Positions 1-11,951 of a stretch of 64,000 nucleotides of DNA are shown one piece after another. Numbering within the stretch: the first letter of the stretch is position 1; each line of letters starts with the position of its first letter. This stretch comes from Torpedo marmorata (Eukaryota), in NCBI GenBank assembly GCA_977017645.1, contig OZ360224.1, positions 138,322,001 through 138,386,000 of the forward strand. The letters are read 5' to 3'. The notes under the pieces are model-generated. The model had not been told where the DNA came from. It did no database searches and worked only from the letters and a program-made list of their open reading frames with translations. The translations under genes were made by a program, and so were the position numbers.

Positions 1-385
1 TCTTTTAGTTATAGTTTTAAAATTCAATTTATATATAAAATCACTATAAACTTCCTCTTTCAAGGGATACAGACCAAGTTGTATCCAAGATGGTGTATTA
101 ACCCCTTCAAAAAAAGATATAATAAATCACATCTGCGCAGCTGAATAATAATTTCTAAAGTTAGGTAAACAGAGACCGCCCAGTCTATAATCCCATGTTA
201 ATTTTCGTATAGCCCTTCTAGCTATTTTATTTCTCCATATAAATTGCCCAATAATTTTATCCAAATTTTGAAAAAAAGTTTTTGGTAAAAAAAAGGTAGA
301 GACTGAAATAAATATTGTATTCTTGGTAGTATATTAATTTTAACGCAATCAACCCTACCAATCAAGGTAATAGGTAATGACATCC
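1..385 (-). mobile_element. Inverted L1 LINE ORF2 fragment (post-RT region), continues beyond the left edge of the window
   Basis: Reverse complement of 2107-2492 (WMSLPITLIGRVN...FKAITKR coding region) with few differences. Confidence 0.9.
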
Positions 386-950
386 TATGTATTTATTGTT
401 ACAAGATCAAGAGCCTAAATTGGGACATAATAAATCCAGGATAAGATGGGAATCAGACTTAGGTATAGTAATTGATGAAGAATTATGGTCAGAATTGTGT
501 CAGAATAGTATGTTAATTACTATAAATGTACGTTATAGATTGGTCTCCTATAATTTTCTTCATCAATTACATTTGACTCCACAGAAATTACATAAATTTA
601 AACCAGAATTATCAGAGATGTGTTTTAGATGTGGAACGGAGGTTGTTTCTTTTTTACATTCAACATGGATGTGCTGTAAATTGAGACAATTTTGGCATAA
701 TCTCTGTGACATCTTATCTAAAGTTATTGGAGTTACTCTAATTTTAGATCCAGAGATATGCCTTTTGGGAAATTTTAAGGACACCCTAACCAGATATCAA
801 ATTATGTTTTTGGGAATAGTTTTTTGTGTGGCTAGAAAGTGTTTAATGACTACTTGGAAGTCAGGTTTCCCATTGACTATTGATAGATGCACCTCAGAAA
901 TAAATAGTTGTATTCCAATGGAGAAAATTACGCATAACATTAAAAACAAA
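386..950 (+). mobile_element. L1 ORF2 C-terminal fragment with zinc-knuckle region
   Basis: Translation WESDLG...YNFLHQLHLTPQKLH...CFRCGTEVVSFLHSTWMC (CX2C...H...C) typical of vertebrate L1 ORF2 C-terminus. Confidence 0.85.
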
Positions 951-1090
951 CAGGTAAGCCCTGTTGCCGGGAAGCCTTGGAGTTTTTCTTTCTTTTATAT
1001 ATTTGAAATTAGTAATTATATTAAAATTGTCGACCATTTGTTTTGTTTAGTCTGTTTTGGTTTTTTTTTTCCTCTTGGTTGGGGGGGGGT

Positions 1091-2503
1091 AATTGAAAAG
1101 GCCTTGAGCTCGCTACAGGCGGGAAAATCACCGGGTGAAGATGGTTTTCTACCAGAATTTTATAGAGAATTTAAAGATTTATTGATGCCGTTTATTATGG
1201 ACGTAATTGATAGAGCAGCTCAAACACAAACACTGCCTGAATCATTTTCCTCTGCAATAATTACAGTAATTCCAAAGAAAAATAAAGATCCTTTGAAATG
1301 TTCTTCATATCTCCCTATTTCACTTTTAAATGCAGATTATAAAATAATCTCTAAAATATTGGCGAATAAACTTAGTGATGGTTTACCGAGATTAATAAAT
1401 CCAGACCAATGTGGTTTTATTAAGAAATGGTTTTCTTCCAATAATTAATGTAGATTTTTAAATATAATACATTTATCAAAATCTAGAGGTGAACCAAGTA
1501 TAGCAGTTACACTGGACGCAGAGAAGGCTTTTGATAGATTGGAATGGCTGTATTTGTTTAAGGTTTTGTAAAAATTTGGATTTGGACAATCATTTATTAA
1601 TTGGGTTAAAACACTTTATTATAAACCACAAGCTAGGGTTACCACTAATGGACAGACTTCAGAAAGGTTCTCTTTGAATAGATCCAGTCGGCAAGGTTGT
1701 CCTTTGTCTCCTAGACTTTTTGTTCCAGCAATTGAGCTACTGGCAGAAGCGATTAGATTAGACTCTGAAATAAAAGGTTTTAAAATGGGCCAGGTGGAAC
1801 ATATAATAAATTTATTTGCCGACGATGTGATTCTGTATTTGACTGATCCAGTTAATTCTCTTACTAAATTACAAATATTGTTGAAAAATTATGGTGAGAT
1901 TTCAGGATACAAGGTGAACTTTGATAAATCCGAAGTCATTCCATTGGTTAAATTTGACTGTACGGAATGTAAACGTATAGGTTTGTTTAAATGGATTAAA
2001 GAGAGTATAAAATATCTTGGTATAATGGTAGATACTGATTTTAAAAATTTATATAAGCTTAATTATTCTCCACTTCTTAGTAAGATTGAAGAAGATTTAA
2101 TGAGATGGATGTCATTACCTATTACCTTGATTGGTAGGGTTAATTGTGTTAAAATGAATATACTACCAAGAATACAATATTTATTTCAGTCTCTACCTAT
2201 TTTTTTACCAAAAACTTTTTTCCAAACTTTGGATAAAATTATTGGGCGATTTATATGGAGAAATAAAATAGCTAGAAGGGCTATACGACAATTAACATGG
2301 GATTATAGACTGGGGGGTCTCCGTTTACCTAACTTTAGAAACTATTATTTAGCTGCGCAGATGCGATTTATTATATCTTTTTTTGAAGGGGTTAATACAC
2401 CATCTTGGATACAACTTGGTCTGTATCCCTTGAAAGAGGAAGTTTATAGTGATTTTATATATAAATGGAATTTTAAAGCTATAACTAAAAGAACTGGCGA
2501 TTT
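1091..2503 (+). pseudogene. L1 ORF2 reverse transcriptase fragment, interrupted by stops
   Basis: GKSPGEDGF, PISLLNADYKI, LDAEKAFDRLEW, RQGCPLSP and LFADD motifs; split over ORFs 387-1448 and 1674-2561. Confidence 0.93.
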
Positions 2504-2686
2504 TAAGAGCACACTGGGAGATGTTCTTGCTTCAAATCAGAAGGAAAAAGCACGCTTGTGAAAAAATTAAGACATTGTTGGAAGTAAAACACGAAAATCT
2601 GCAGACACCGTGGTTGAAGTAAAAACACAAAGCTGGAGAAACTCAGCAGGTCAAACAGTGTTCTTTATATAGCAAAGGTAAAAATA

Positions 2687-2727
2687 CATAACCGACGTTT
2701 CGGGCTTGTGCCCGTCATCAAGGTATG
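2687..2727 (-). ncRNA. Minimal type-I hammerhead ribozyme motif in PLE terminal repeat
   Basis: Minus strand CAUACC-UUGAUGA-C-GGGC-ACAA-GCCC-GAA-ACGU-C-GGUUAUG: core, stem II, palindromic ACGU in place of stem III, GUC site, stem I. Confidence 0.75.
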
Positions 2728-2939
2728 GAAAAATGTCGGCAGGTGTCCGAAGAAAAGAGTGAGGGGGGGAGGTGTGGTCGCAAAGGCAGGAGGTGATAGG
2801 TGCAGAAGTGTGGGAGGGGACTGCAGCGATCAAGGGTAGGAGGGATGATTAGGTTAATAGAGAGGTAAGGGGGGAGCAGAACTGGAAAGGGGAAGGGGAA
2901 GAGGGGGAGGAAAGAGGAGAGCAGGTTAGCATAAACTGG

Positions 2940-4370
2940 CAAAAAATCTATGTTAATGCCATCTGGCTGGAGAGTGCCCAGACGGAAAATCAGATGTTGT
3001 TCCTCCAATTTGCGGGTGGTCTTGGTGAGATAGTACATAAGGCCATGGACAGACATGTGAGTATGGGAGTGTGACACAGAACTGAAATGGTTGGCTACTG
3101 GGAGGTCTCTGTCACTGGTGCGGACTGAGCGAAGGTGCTTAGTGAAGCGATCTCCCAATCTGCGCCCAGTCTCCCTGCTGTAGAGAAGGCCACAAAGGGA
3201 GCACCGGATGCAGTAAATCAGTCCTGTGGATACACAAGTGAAGTGTTGCTTCACTTGCAAGGCCTGTTTGGGGCCTGTGATGAGGGAGGAGGTGTGGGTG
3301 CAAGTGTGGCACCTCCTGCGGCCACAGGAAAGGTGCCGGGGGGCGATTGGTGGGGAGGGATGAGTGCAAGAGCGATCCCTACGGAAAGCAGAGAGGGAAG
3401 AGAGGGGAAGATGTGTCTGGTAGTGGGATCCTGTTGTAAGTGCCGGAAATACCGGAGGTTAATATGTTGGATACGGAGGCTGGTGGGGTGGTAGGTGAGG
3501 ATAAGGGGGATTCTATGTTTGTTGTGTCTGGGGGCAGAGGGGGCAAGGGCAGATGAGCGGGAAATGGAGGAGATGTGGATGAAGGCTGAATTGATGGTGA
3601 TGGAGGGGAAGCACGTTTGTGGAAGAAGGCAGACATTTCGGAAGATCTGGGCTGGAAGACCTCATCTTGGGGACACATGCGGCGGAGACTGAGAAATTGA
3701 GAGAGAGGATAGAATCCTTGCAGGGGACAGGGTGAGTGGAAGTGTAGTCAAGGTAGTTGTTGGAGTTAGTGGGTTTGTAATATATGTCGGTGGAAAGCTT
3801 GTCTCCCGAGATAGAGACAGAAAGATCTAGGAAGGGGAGAGTGTTGTCGGAGATGGACCAGGTGAGTTTGAGATCGGGGTGGAAGTTGGGCGCGAAGTGA
3901 ATGAAGTTGACAAGCTCATCGCAGGAGCATGAGGCAGCCCCGGTGTAGTCATCAATATACCAGAGGAAGAGTTGAGGGGTCTTTCCTGTGTAGGCTTGCA
4001 GCATGGATTGCTCCACATAGCCCACAAACAGGCAAACGTAGCTGGGACCCATGCTGGTACCCATGGCTACTCCTTTGATTTGGAGGAAGTGAGACGAGTT
4101 AAAGGAGAAGTTGTTTAGAGTGAGGACAAGTTCTGCCAGGTGCAGGAGGGTGGTGGTAGAGGGTGACTGGTCGGGTCTCTCATCCAGAAAGAAGTGAAGT
4201 GCTTTAAGACCTTCTGTATGGGGGATGGAGGTATAAAGGGATTGGACATCCATTGTGAAGCTGAGGAGGTCTAGTTCAGGGAATCTGAAGTCATTGAAGA
4301 GGGCATGTGAGGTGTCGCGGATGTAGGTGGGGAGGGATTGGACCAGGGGAGAAAAGATAGAGTCAAGGTA
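2940..4370 (-). pseudogene. Penelope-like RT plus C-terminal GIY-YIG endonuclease, frameshifted
   Basis: TMDVQSLYTSIPH, QIKGVAMGTSMGPSY, WYIDDY, FLDLSV, YYKPTN; then GLIYCIRCSLCGLLY...RFTKH...VANHF...LEEQHLIFRLGTLQPDGIN. Confidence 0.92.
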
Positions 4371-4852
4371 AGATGTAACTACCACTCCCTCCGTGACTCC
4401 CTCGTGCACTCATCCCTCCCCACCAATCGCCCCCCGGCACCTTCCCCTGTGGCCGCAGGAGGTGCAACACTTGCGCCCACACCTCCTCCCTCACCACAGT
4501 CCAGGGCCCCAAACAGGCCTTTCAAGTGAAGCAACACTTCACTTGTTTATCCGCAGGACTGATTTACTGCATCCACTGCTCCCTTTGTGGCCTTCTCTAC
4601 ATCGGAGAGACTGGGCACAGATTGGGAGATCGCTTCACTGAGCACCTTCACTCCATCCTCACCAGTGACAGCGACCTCCCAGTAGCCAGCCATTTCAATT
4701 CCGAGTCACACTCCCACACTCAAATGTCTGTCCATGGCCTTATGTACTATCCCACCCAGACTACCCGCAAATTGGAGGAACAACATCTCATTTTCTGTCT
4801 GGGCACTCTCCAGCCAGATGGCATTAACATTAACTTTTCTGCTTTCCACTAA
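4371..4852 (+). pseudogene. Penelope linker (CGRRRCNTC) and GIY-YIG endonuclease
   Basis: GLIYCIHCSLCGLLYIGETG...LGTLQPDGIN; a Cys-rich linker before the endonuclease is characteristic of Neptune-type PLEs. Confidence 0.9.
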
Positions 4853-5039
4853 ACCTGCTTGTCTTTTCCTTCCCCTCCCCCCTCACCTGTCCTTCCTGTT
4901 TTTTCCACCCACCCAGCCATCCCTCCTCCCCCTCTTTGCTGCTGTCCCCTCCCTCCTTTCTCCACCTATCATCTCCTGCCTTTGCCACCCTCCCCTTCCC
5001 CCCCTCACTCTTTTGTTCGGACTCCTGCCGGCATTTTCT

Positions 5040-5080
5040 CATACTTTGATGAAGGGCTCAAGCCCGAAACGTCGGTTATG
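5040..5080 (+). ncRNA. Minimal hammerhead ribozyme motif
   Basis: CAUACU-UUGAUGA-A-GGGC-UCAA-GCCC-GAAACGUC-GGUUAUG. Confidence 0.75.
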
Positions 5081-5502
5081 TATTTCTACCTTTGCTACAT
5101 AAAAGACACCGTTTGACCTGCTGAGTTTCTCCAGCATTTGTGTTTTTTAAGCCAACCATTTCAGTTCTGTGTCACACTCCCATACTCACATGACTGTCCA
5201 TGGCCTTATGTACTATCCCACCAAGACCACCCGCAAATTGGAGGAACAACACCTGATTTTCCGTCTGGGCACTTTCCAGCCAGATGGCATTAACATCGAC
5301 TTTTCCAGTTTCTGCTAACCTGCTCTCCTCTTCCCCCTTCCTCCTTCCCTTCCCCTTTCCAGTTCTCCTCCCCCCCTTACCTCTATATTCACAGCCCTTG
5401 ATTGCTGCTGTCCCCTCCCTCCCTTCTCCACCTATCACCTCCTGCCTTTGCAACCACACCTCCACCCCTACTCTTTTGTTCGGACGCCTGCCGACATTTT
5501 TC

Positions 5503-5543
5503 AATACCTTGATGACGGGCTCAAGCCCGAAATGTCGTTTATG
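5503..5543 (+). ncRNA. Minimal hammerhead motif, slightly decayed
   Basis: AAUACC-UUGAUGA-C-GGGC-UCAA-GCCC-GAAAUGUC-GUUUAUG. Confidence 0.6.
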
Positions 5544-6879
5544 TATTTTTACCTTTGCTATATAAAGGACACTGTTTGACCTGCTGAGTTTCTCCAGCTT
5601 TGTGTTTTCACTTTAAGATATTTATGGAGTTTGATGGTGAGGCAGCTTGGGAAAATGGTGCCGTGCTCAAGGGTTTATTGACAAAGGCAGGGCAGGAAAG
5701 GTGTGTACCTTGCAATAATCACTTTTGACGTAATGTGGTTAACATCCCAACCCCCTCAACCTGCTTTCTCAAGCCTATTCCAACCAGATAACACTTCACA
5801 CGAATATCTTATGCAAATGTACACCCTTCTTAGCCTATGTACTTCCTCTCACACACTTTTGTCCATCCACTACTCATGCTTCCTTTCATCATTCTGCATT
5901 GTCTTACTGTTCCCTCTTAGCTCAACGTGTACTTCATTCAGTGTACATCATAGTCCTCACTCTTAGGTCTGTTTATTTCCTTACAGGAGAAAAAAAAACA
6001 CAGACTATTGGGAAAGAGGTCGAGAAACAAAGATGGTCCGCTAGAATTTCTCTGCGGATTTACAGAGGAGGAGATCGAATTATTATAATCGGTGTGCTTG
6101 ACCATTGGAGATGGAAATATAATGGCCACACACATGACAAGCAATACTCATTCATTTGATTTGCAATCAGTTGGAGGTGAAATATGATTGGTGCACGATG
6201 ATAACTTAAAATAAATCTCATTTTCAGTGTGACAACTCTAATTTGACTCTTTAATCTCCAAGAGTAGGGGATCCAAGAGGAAGTCAATAGCTCCCCTGAA
6301 AACGTCACACCTCATCATTGCAGGACATATGTAGACCATGCAATTGCTCGCACTTTGGTGCACCTGCAAAGCCACATAGTTGAACTATCAGCTGCTGATC
6401 ACATATGACAAGTGAACAAATGTGGTCAGCAGATCAGCTGAGTAGAAAGGCTGCTTCTAAGGCCTTTGACAGTCTACTTCTCGAGCAAGAATTTATTAAT
6501 GGCATTCAATGGAGTATATGAAAGTGATGGCATGGTTGTTTAAAGGACCAATTTGTGTTTAGAGAATGTGGGATCAGGAGGTGTAAGAAAATCTGAATGG
6601 TGTATATGGTTGTAGGATGGGTAGATTGGTGGAACGCCGAAGGAACCTCACAAAATTTAGAGTATCCTGGGCAACAATATTCAGTGTTGTTCACTTGCTT
6701 GCATCAACCACTGCCTTGCCTGTTCCTTGGAATCGTCTGAACATAGCAGACCATTCAGCCGATTGAGTCCATGCTGTTTTACTGCGGAGCAATTGGATCA
6801 GTCCCATTTCCCCTCGTATTTCTCAGTAAGCATGCAGCTTATTCTCTCTCACGTGTCCTTTTTAATATTTACCACTTGC

Positions 6880-7015
6880 CTAATTTGCAGGAGATAGTTA
6901 ATCTACTTTGGGGTGTGGGAGGAAACTGGTGCACCGAAGGGAAACCCATGCATTCGTGGGTTGAACATGTACAGAGAGCATTCAAGGTCAGGATTGCAAC
7001 ACTGCTGCACCACAG
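6880..7015 (-). mobile_element. Old V-SINE (HE1-like) fragment
   Basis: gtgggaggaaactggtgcaccgaagggaaaccca is the reverse complement of the V-domain motif seen intact at 25005-25040. Confidence 0.6.
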
Positions 7016-7459
7016 TTCCATACTCTGCTATCTATCTCCAGTTGGTCCAAGCCTTGCTGCTGTGGAATAATAAATTTAAACTTTCATGTCAATGCATGGA
7101 AGGAGGCCATTGGGTCCATTGAGTCCATGCTGTTCATCTGAGTCATCCTGTCAAATCCATTTCTCAGCCCTTTATCTCCATATATTCAGTTACTGTTTCT
7201 CTTGAATGACAGAATCTGATCTTTCTACTCTTTTGGGCTACAAATCCCAGATTATGACTGCCTGTCATGTGAATAGCTTTTGCTTGTAAATGCTGATTCT
7301 TTTCCCAATCACCTTAAATCTATATCTTCTTATTAAAGGCCCTAATGCCAATAATAATAATTAATTTTGTATAAGTTCCAGATGATTTTGAACTTCTATC
7401 AAATCACATCTCAATATTCTTTGTTCCGCGAAGAATAATTCTTCCAATTTGTTACGTGC

Positions 7460-8312
7460 CTACTGCCAGGATGAGGGATAGCTCCTCCACACTGGAGAGG
7501 AGCTGAGAGTGGGAGGGGATGGATCCAGTTGCAGTGGTCCACATGGAACCAATGACTCAGGTAGGACGAAGGAAGAGGTTCTTTTGGGAGCATTTGAGCA
7601 ATCAGAGCTAAACACAAAGTAGGAACAGGGAGATGAGCTCAAAGATTGGTGTGGGAGAAATGGTTTTGATTTGAGGGGCACTGGCTTTAGTATTTTGGAA
7701 GGAAAGAGCTGTACTGCAGAGTAGGAAAGCGGCTGGGATAAAGATATCCAGGTTGTATCAGGAATCAAATGATCATGGAAAAAGAGAGTACATTAACAAA
7801 TAAGATGTGAGCAAACAAAATGGCAGCAAGTCAAATGGCTCAATAATACAAAAATAAGTCATTAAGGTATCTAAAAAAAGTTCAGAAAAAATATACATTT
7901 AACAGTACTGTATGTAAATATGCAAACCATTTGGACAAATTAATCGTGCATATTGATATAAACAGATACAATATGATTGCCATTATGGGGTAATGGCAAC
8001 AAGGCTAGGAGCTTAAATATCCAAGGAAATTCAATAGTTTTGATGGACAGCAACAATGGCAAATAGATTATTAGTAAAGGATGAAGTCAATGTAATAGTG
8101 AGAGGGCATTAACTCAGAAAATGAAAATGTGGGATCAGTATGGGTGGAGCATAGCAGAACCAAGAGGTGGAAGACATAGATGGAAGGAGTTGTCACACCT
8201 TCAACTAGTAGGACTAATAGATGGTAATGCAGAAGAAGGCTTAAAAAATTGAAAATGCATATAGCAAGGCTACTACAATAATTGTGGGTAATAAACACAG
8301 AGACTAGCCAAA
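7460..8312 (+). mobile_element. Degraded CR1 LINE (ORF1 end and endonuclease start)
   Basis: Resembles the CR1 copy at 46600-47300 (endonuclease-type motifs, e.g. gaaaatgtgggatcagtatgggtggag). Confidence 0.6.
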
Positions 8313-8329
8313 CTAAATCAGCAATTGTA

Positions 8330-8461
8330 AATCAAGCCCGAAACGTCGGTTATGTATTTCTACCTTTGCTACATAAAAGACACTGTTTGACCTGCTGAGT
8401 TTCTCCAGCATTTGTGTTTTTTACTTCAACCACGGTGTCCACAGATTTTTGTGTTTTACTT
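8330..8461 (+). mobile_element. 132-bp 5'-truncated Penelope tail
   Basis: Near-identical to 5058-5147 plus extended tail; TSD ctaaatca(g/t)caattgta at 8313-8329 and 8462-8478. Confidence 0.88.
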
Positions 8462-8504
8462 CTAAATCATCAATTGTATTGTGGAGGAAGTATTCCAAGA
8501 GTGT

Positions 8505-8620
8505 GGATAGACACAAGAATCTGGAGCAAAAAACAATCTGCTGGAAGAACTCAGCAGGTCCAGCAGCTTCACTGGGAGAAAAAGAATGGTCGACATTTTG
8601 GGTTGTAACCATTCATCAAG
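8505..8620 (-). mobile_element. Older Penelope tail with decayed hammerhead
   Basis: gctggaagaactcagcaggtc...cattcatcaag matches the PLE terminal repeat. Confidence 0.7.
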
Positions 8621-10117
8621 ATAAAGCATCCACTGGCTGTATTCTCTCATGAGAACAGTAACATAGGTTAGTTTTTTTGCTTTTTTATGAGTCACTACAA
8701 AATGATTTGCATTTATGAGGGCACATTTTGTGGTGTACAAAAATGAGTTAGGTGTTTGACAAAAGCTGTGTTACATATTTTGATTTCATGAATGCAGCTG
8801 TGTTCATGATGTGACATTGATCTTGTATTAATTCTTCAACTTTTTGTTTGGCCCCTTTTCAGAAAGATGCCCAGACCATACATAATTTGTGCATGGGATA
8901 CTTCAGCTTTTAACTCAACCCACTTATCTCAAGAGAAACTGAAAGTTGTGATGCTTTGGGTTTGTACCCTTGATCAAAACATCAGGTTCTGATAAAGGGT
9001 TACATGTTTGAAATATCACAATATTTTCTGTACAAATTCTCTGCGATAAGTTTTAAAATTTTGCAACAGTAGTTATTGTCCAATGAAGTACCGGTAAGTC
9101 CAGGCGACACAGTGAAATGTTGCTTGAATGTGGAATTGACTCATAATATCTTTTGAAAGAAAGTTATGAGCTAATCATGAGAAATTCAGAATAATGACAT
9201 GATCAGCAACTTCAAAGTAGTTGCTCACGTATTCTGAGACTACGTGCTTGGTTAGGGTGTGGTAACGCCATGGATAGGTTTGCTCTAGATATGAATGCAG
9301 ACGCACAACATGATGACTCTTATATACAAGCTGCTCATTTCATGGAAATTATGGAAAAGAATGAACAGTGGACAAGAAATACTGACTTTAGTCTTTGTCA
9401 GCAGTACTACTGTCCATGCAGACAAAAAACACATCTGGTAATATGAGATCATTGGCCTTCAATTTTTTTTACTACTCCTCAACTTTAGATGAGTAGATTG
9501 TCAATATAACCCAGGAATATTAAAACTGTCTTGGTCTGTGCTGAGTTAGCTGACATTACCTCAGGACATAATGTGGTTGGTATAATTCGTTCTATTCCAT
9601 GTACATCAGGAGCTGAAGTTTCTTTCTTTCAATTGGTGTCCATGGCCTTGCTAGAAACATACATGTCAGACCAGGTCAGGATCATGCATGCCTGCAATGT
9701 TACTCCAGTTGCCGAGCCAATTAGCACTTAAGAGTTAGGATTGCACATATAACTTCTTCAATTCAGTTTCTTGAGGAGATTTGGATTCTGTGGAACCACA
9801 TCCAGCAAGGATTTGTAACTTCTTTTAAAGATTGCAAGGGAGAATAATAGCAAATTCACTTTAAATATGAGTTACTAAATCTGGCTCAAAGGACAGTTTG
9901 GATTGGAACCATCTGTTGAAGCAAAGAGAATTCTATTGTTTGCATTCATATCCAAAAGGCTTGCTGAAAGGAGTTTAAAAAATTAAGTTTAAGATGAATA
10001 TTACAGGGAATGAGTTGTATCCTCACAAAAATTGAACTTTGCCACTAAAGTTATTGATAGTTTACTCAAACTATTTTTAACAGCTTTGATAATGGCATTA
10101 GGCTTTAAATGAAAAAT

Positions 10118-10138
10118 ATAATAATAATAATAATAATA
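10118..10138. repeat. (ATA)7 microsatellite
   Basis: Direct reading. Confidence 0.9.
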
Positions 10139-10374
10139 GTACTTTTTAAAAAAATGCCAGGTCTTTATTATTGGCCATGAATTCACAAATGGGAAGAAGC
10201 TTGTTATAGACCTGTTTGTATTTATCCGAAGAAAATCATCTATTGTGTCTTAAAATTATTGTTTTTACAAGCACTTCATTCTTAACGTGTTAAGCGTTAA
10301 TTACATTCAAAGGCAAATAATTATGGTGTCCCAAATTTGGCATCATTAACACACAGATTTAATGATGAGAATAT

Positions 10375-11000
10375 TGCTGCTGGAGAGTGAAATAAAAACG
10401 TTAAATGTAAAATTTTAAGGTCAAGCAGCATCTGTGAAGAGAGAAACAGTATTAATGGTTCAGTATAATGACTTATCTTCATGCGTTGAGAGTTAGAAAT
10501 GTAATTTCATTTGCAAGAGCCAGGAAAGAAAGTGAAAGAAGAAAGGTGCTGTGTGGTATTGGTGTGGTGGGGAATGGGAGTGCAGAACTGTATTTTCGTG
10601 TGCGCGGTAGTAATGGGGTGGGCATGGTATTGAGTGCTGGGTGATGCATGCACAAAGGAACAAGAGGAGATAAGGATAGAAGGAAAACATCTGTGACAAG
10701 GCGAGAGTGAAGAATTGACAAAAGGCATGCTTTTTCAAGGTTGAATAGCTGGTCATAGGACCAGTAAAAGAAAGAAGTTTACTTAGAGAGAGTGTAAATG
10801 GTAACATCTGCCGTCCAAAGTGAAATGGGAATAATAAATTGGCGTTGAACCCACAACATTGTTATCTATGCAATTGAAGTATGAGGTGTTTTTGAGGTTG
10901 CTTTGAGCTTTGTTGGAACAATGTTGGAAGTTGAGGTCAAAGTGGAAGCAGGAGAAGGAATTAAAATGGCAAGTCTCACACGTGTGTTTTCATTTCCATG
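10375..11000 (-). mobile_element. Ancient Penelope fragment (tail plus decayed GIY-YIG end)
   Basis: ggtcaagcagcatctgtgaagagagaaacag tail motif, purine-rich UTR, decayed endonuclease end near 10875-10975. Confidence 0.5.
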
Positions 11001-11951
11001 CCAACATTACAGCAGCAGTCAGGTATGTAGCTGCATTCTAAAAATCACTGACTGTTCAAGATCTAATCATTTTATTGTATTTCAGAGTGTGCTCACTCAA
11101 ATATAGAATGTGTGCCAGCGAAATTTTAACTTCAGTTTCATGAACCATTTTGTCTTTTGGAATGTATATTGTCATTTGTCAATATTTAAACTCTTAACTA
11201 ATTTTAATGTTTAAAATGTATATTTTATGTTTGCTGGTTATTTAGTTCCTTTCTCTGTTACTTAGATGTAATGCAGCTATCTTGCAGAACATTTAAGCAG
11301 GAGGTCTTTCAGTAGACTGGCCTGCGCCATTGCAGATGAGCTGAATAGCCTTCTATTAAGCTATGTAATGCTGACTATGTGTGGCCTCATTAGAGCTTGA
11401 CTGAAGCAATGATGATGTAGCCTTGAGTTTAAAGAAGTAGGGAAGACAATTTAAGGTGAGTTCCAATTCGCTTGTAATAACATAAATTTACCAGTTACAA
11501 ATTTTTACAGTTCTTAAAAATATATGCAGAAGTTACTAATTTTATTCACTTTTATACACATGCAGAAGTGAGTGAAATATCCATCCAAACTCCCATTTGG
11601 AATTAAAAGAGAAAATCAGGAAGCATCCATGATGAGAGGAACAGGGTTTATGTTTCAATCAATCATTCTTCTTCAAACTTGTGTATTAACTCTAATTCTC
11701 TCTCCACAAATACTGCCTGAATATTTCCAACATTTTCTGTTTTTATTTCTGACTTCCATCTTTTCTGTTTAGAATAGAATAGGTTTATAGTAGATCTTCA
11801 GACATTAACATTTTTATTAATATATGTAAAGCATTTAAAAATCTAAGGCTGCTTCAAATCCTTCAGAAAGACTTGTGAGCGAGAGAGTATACGTCAGTCA
11901 CAGTTATATTAACTTTGTGCAAATGTTCTAGTGGATCCAGCCAAGAAACTA

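Larger units (their letters stand above)
2582..5612. mobile_element. Composite Penelope-like element (Neptune-type): minus-strand copy 2582-4370 joined to plus-strand copies 4371-5150 and 5151-5612
   Basis: RT and GIY-YIG coding, three copies of the same terminal repeat with hammerhead motif, large inverted repeat; possible imperfect TSD ttaagacatt (2567-2576) / ttaagatatt (5613-5622). Confidence 0.92.

Noticed and set aside
387-1448. 353-aa ORF as a novel protein with zinc knuckle before RT
   Set aside because: Chance read-through of rearranged L1 fragments across a low-complexity spacer
8860-9000. Polypyrimidine tract and AG as a coding exon
   Set aside because: Frames checked close quickly or give an unrecognisable peptide, with no convincing donor
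9310-9385. ATGATGA...CTGA as a C/D-box snoRNA
   Set aside because: No terminal stem and no recognisable guide; boxes are expected by chance
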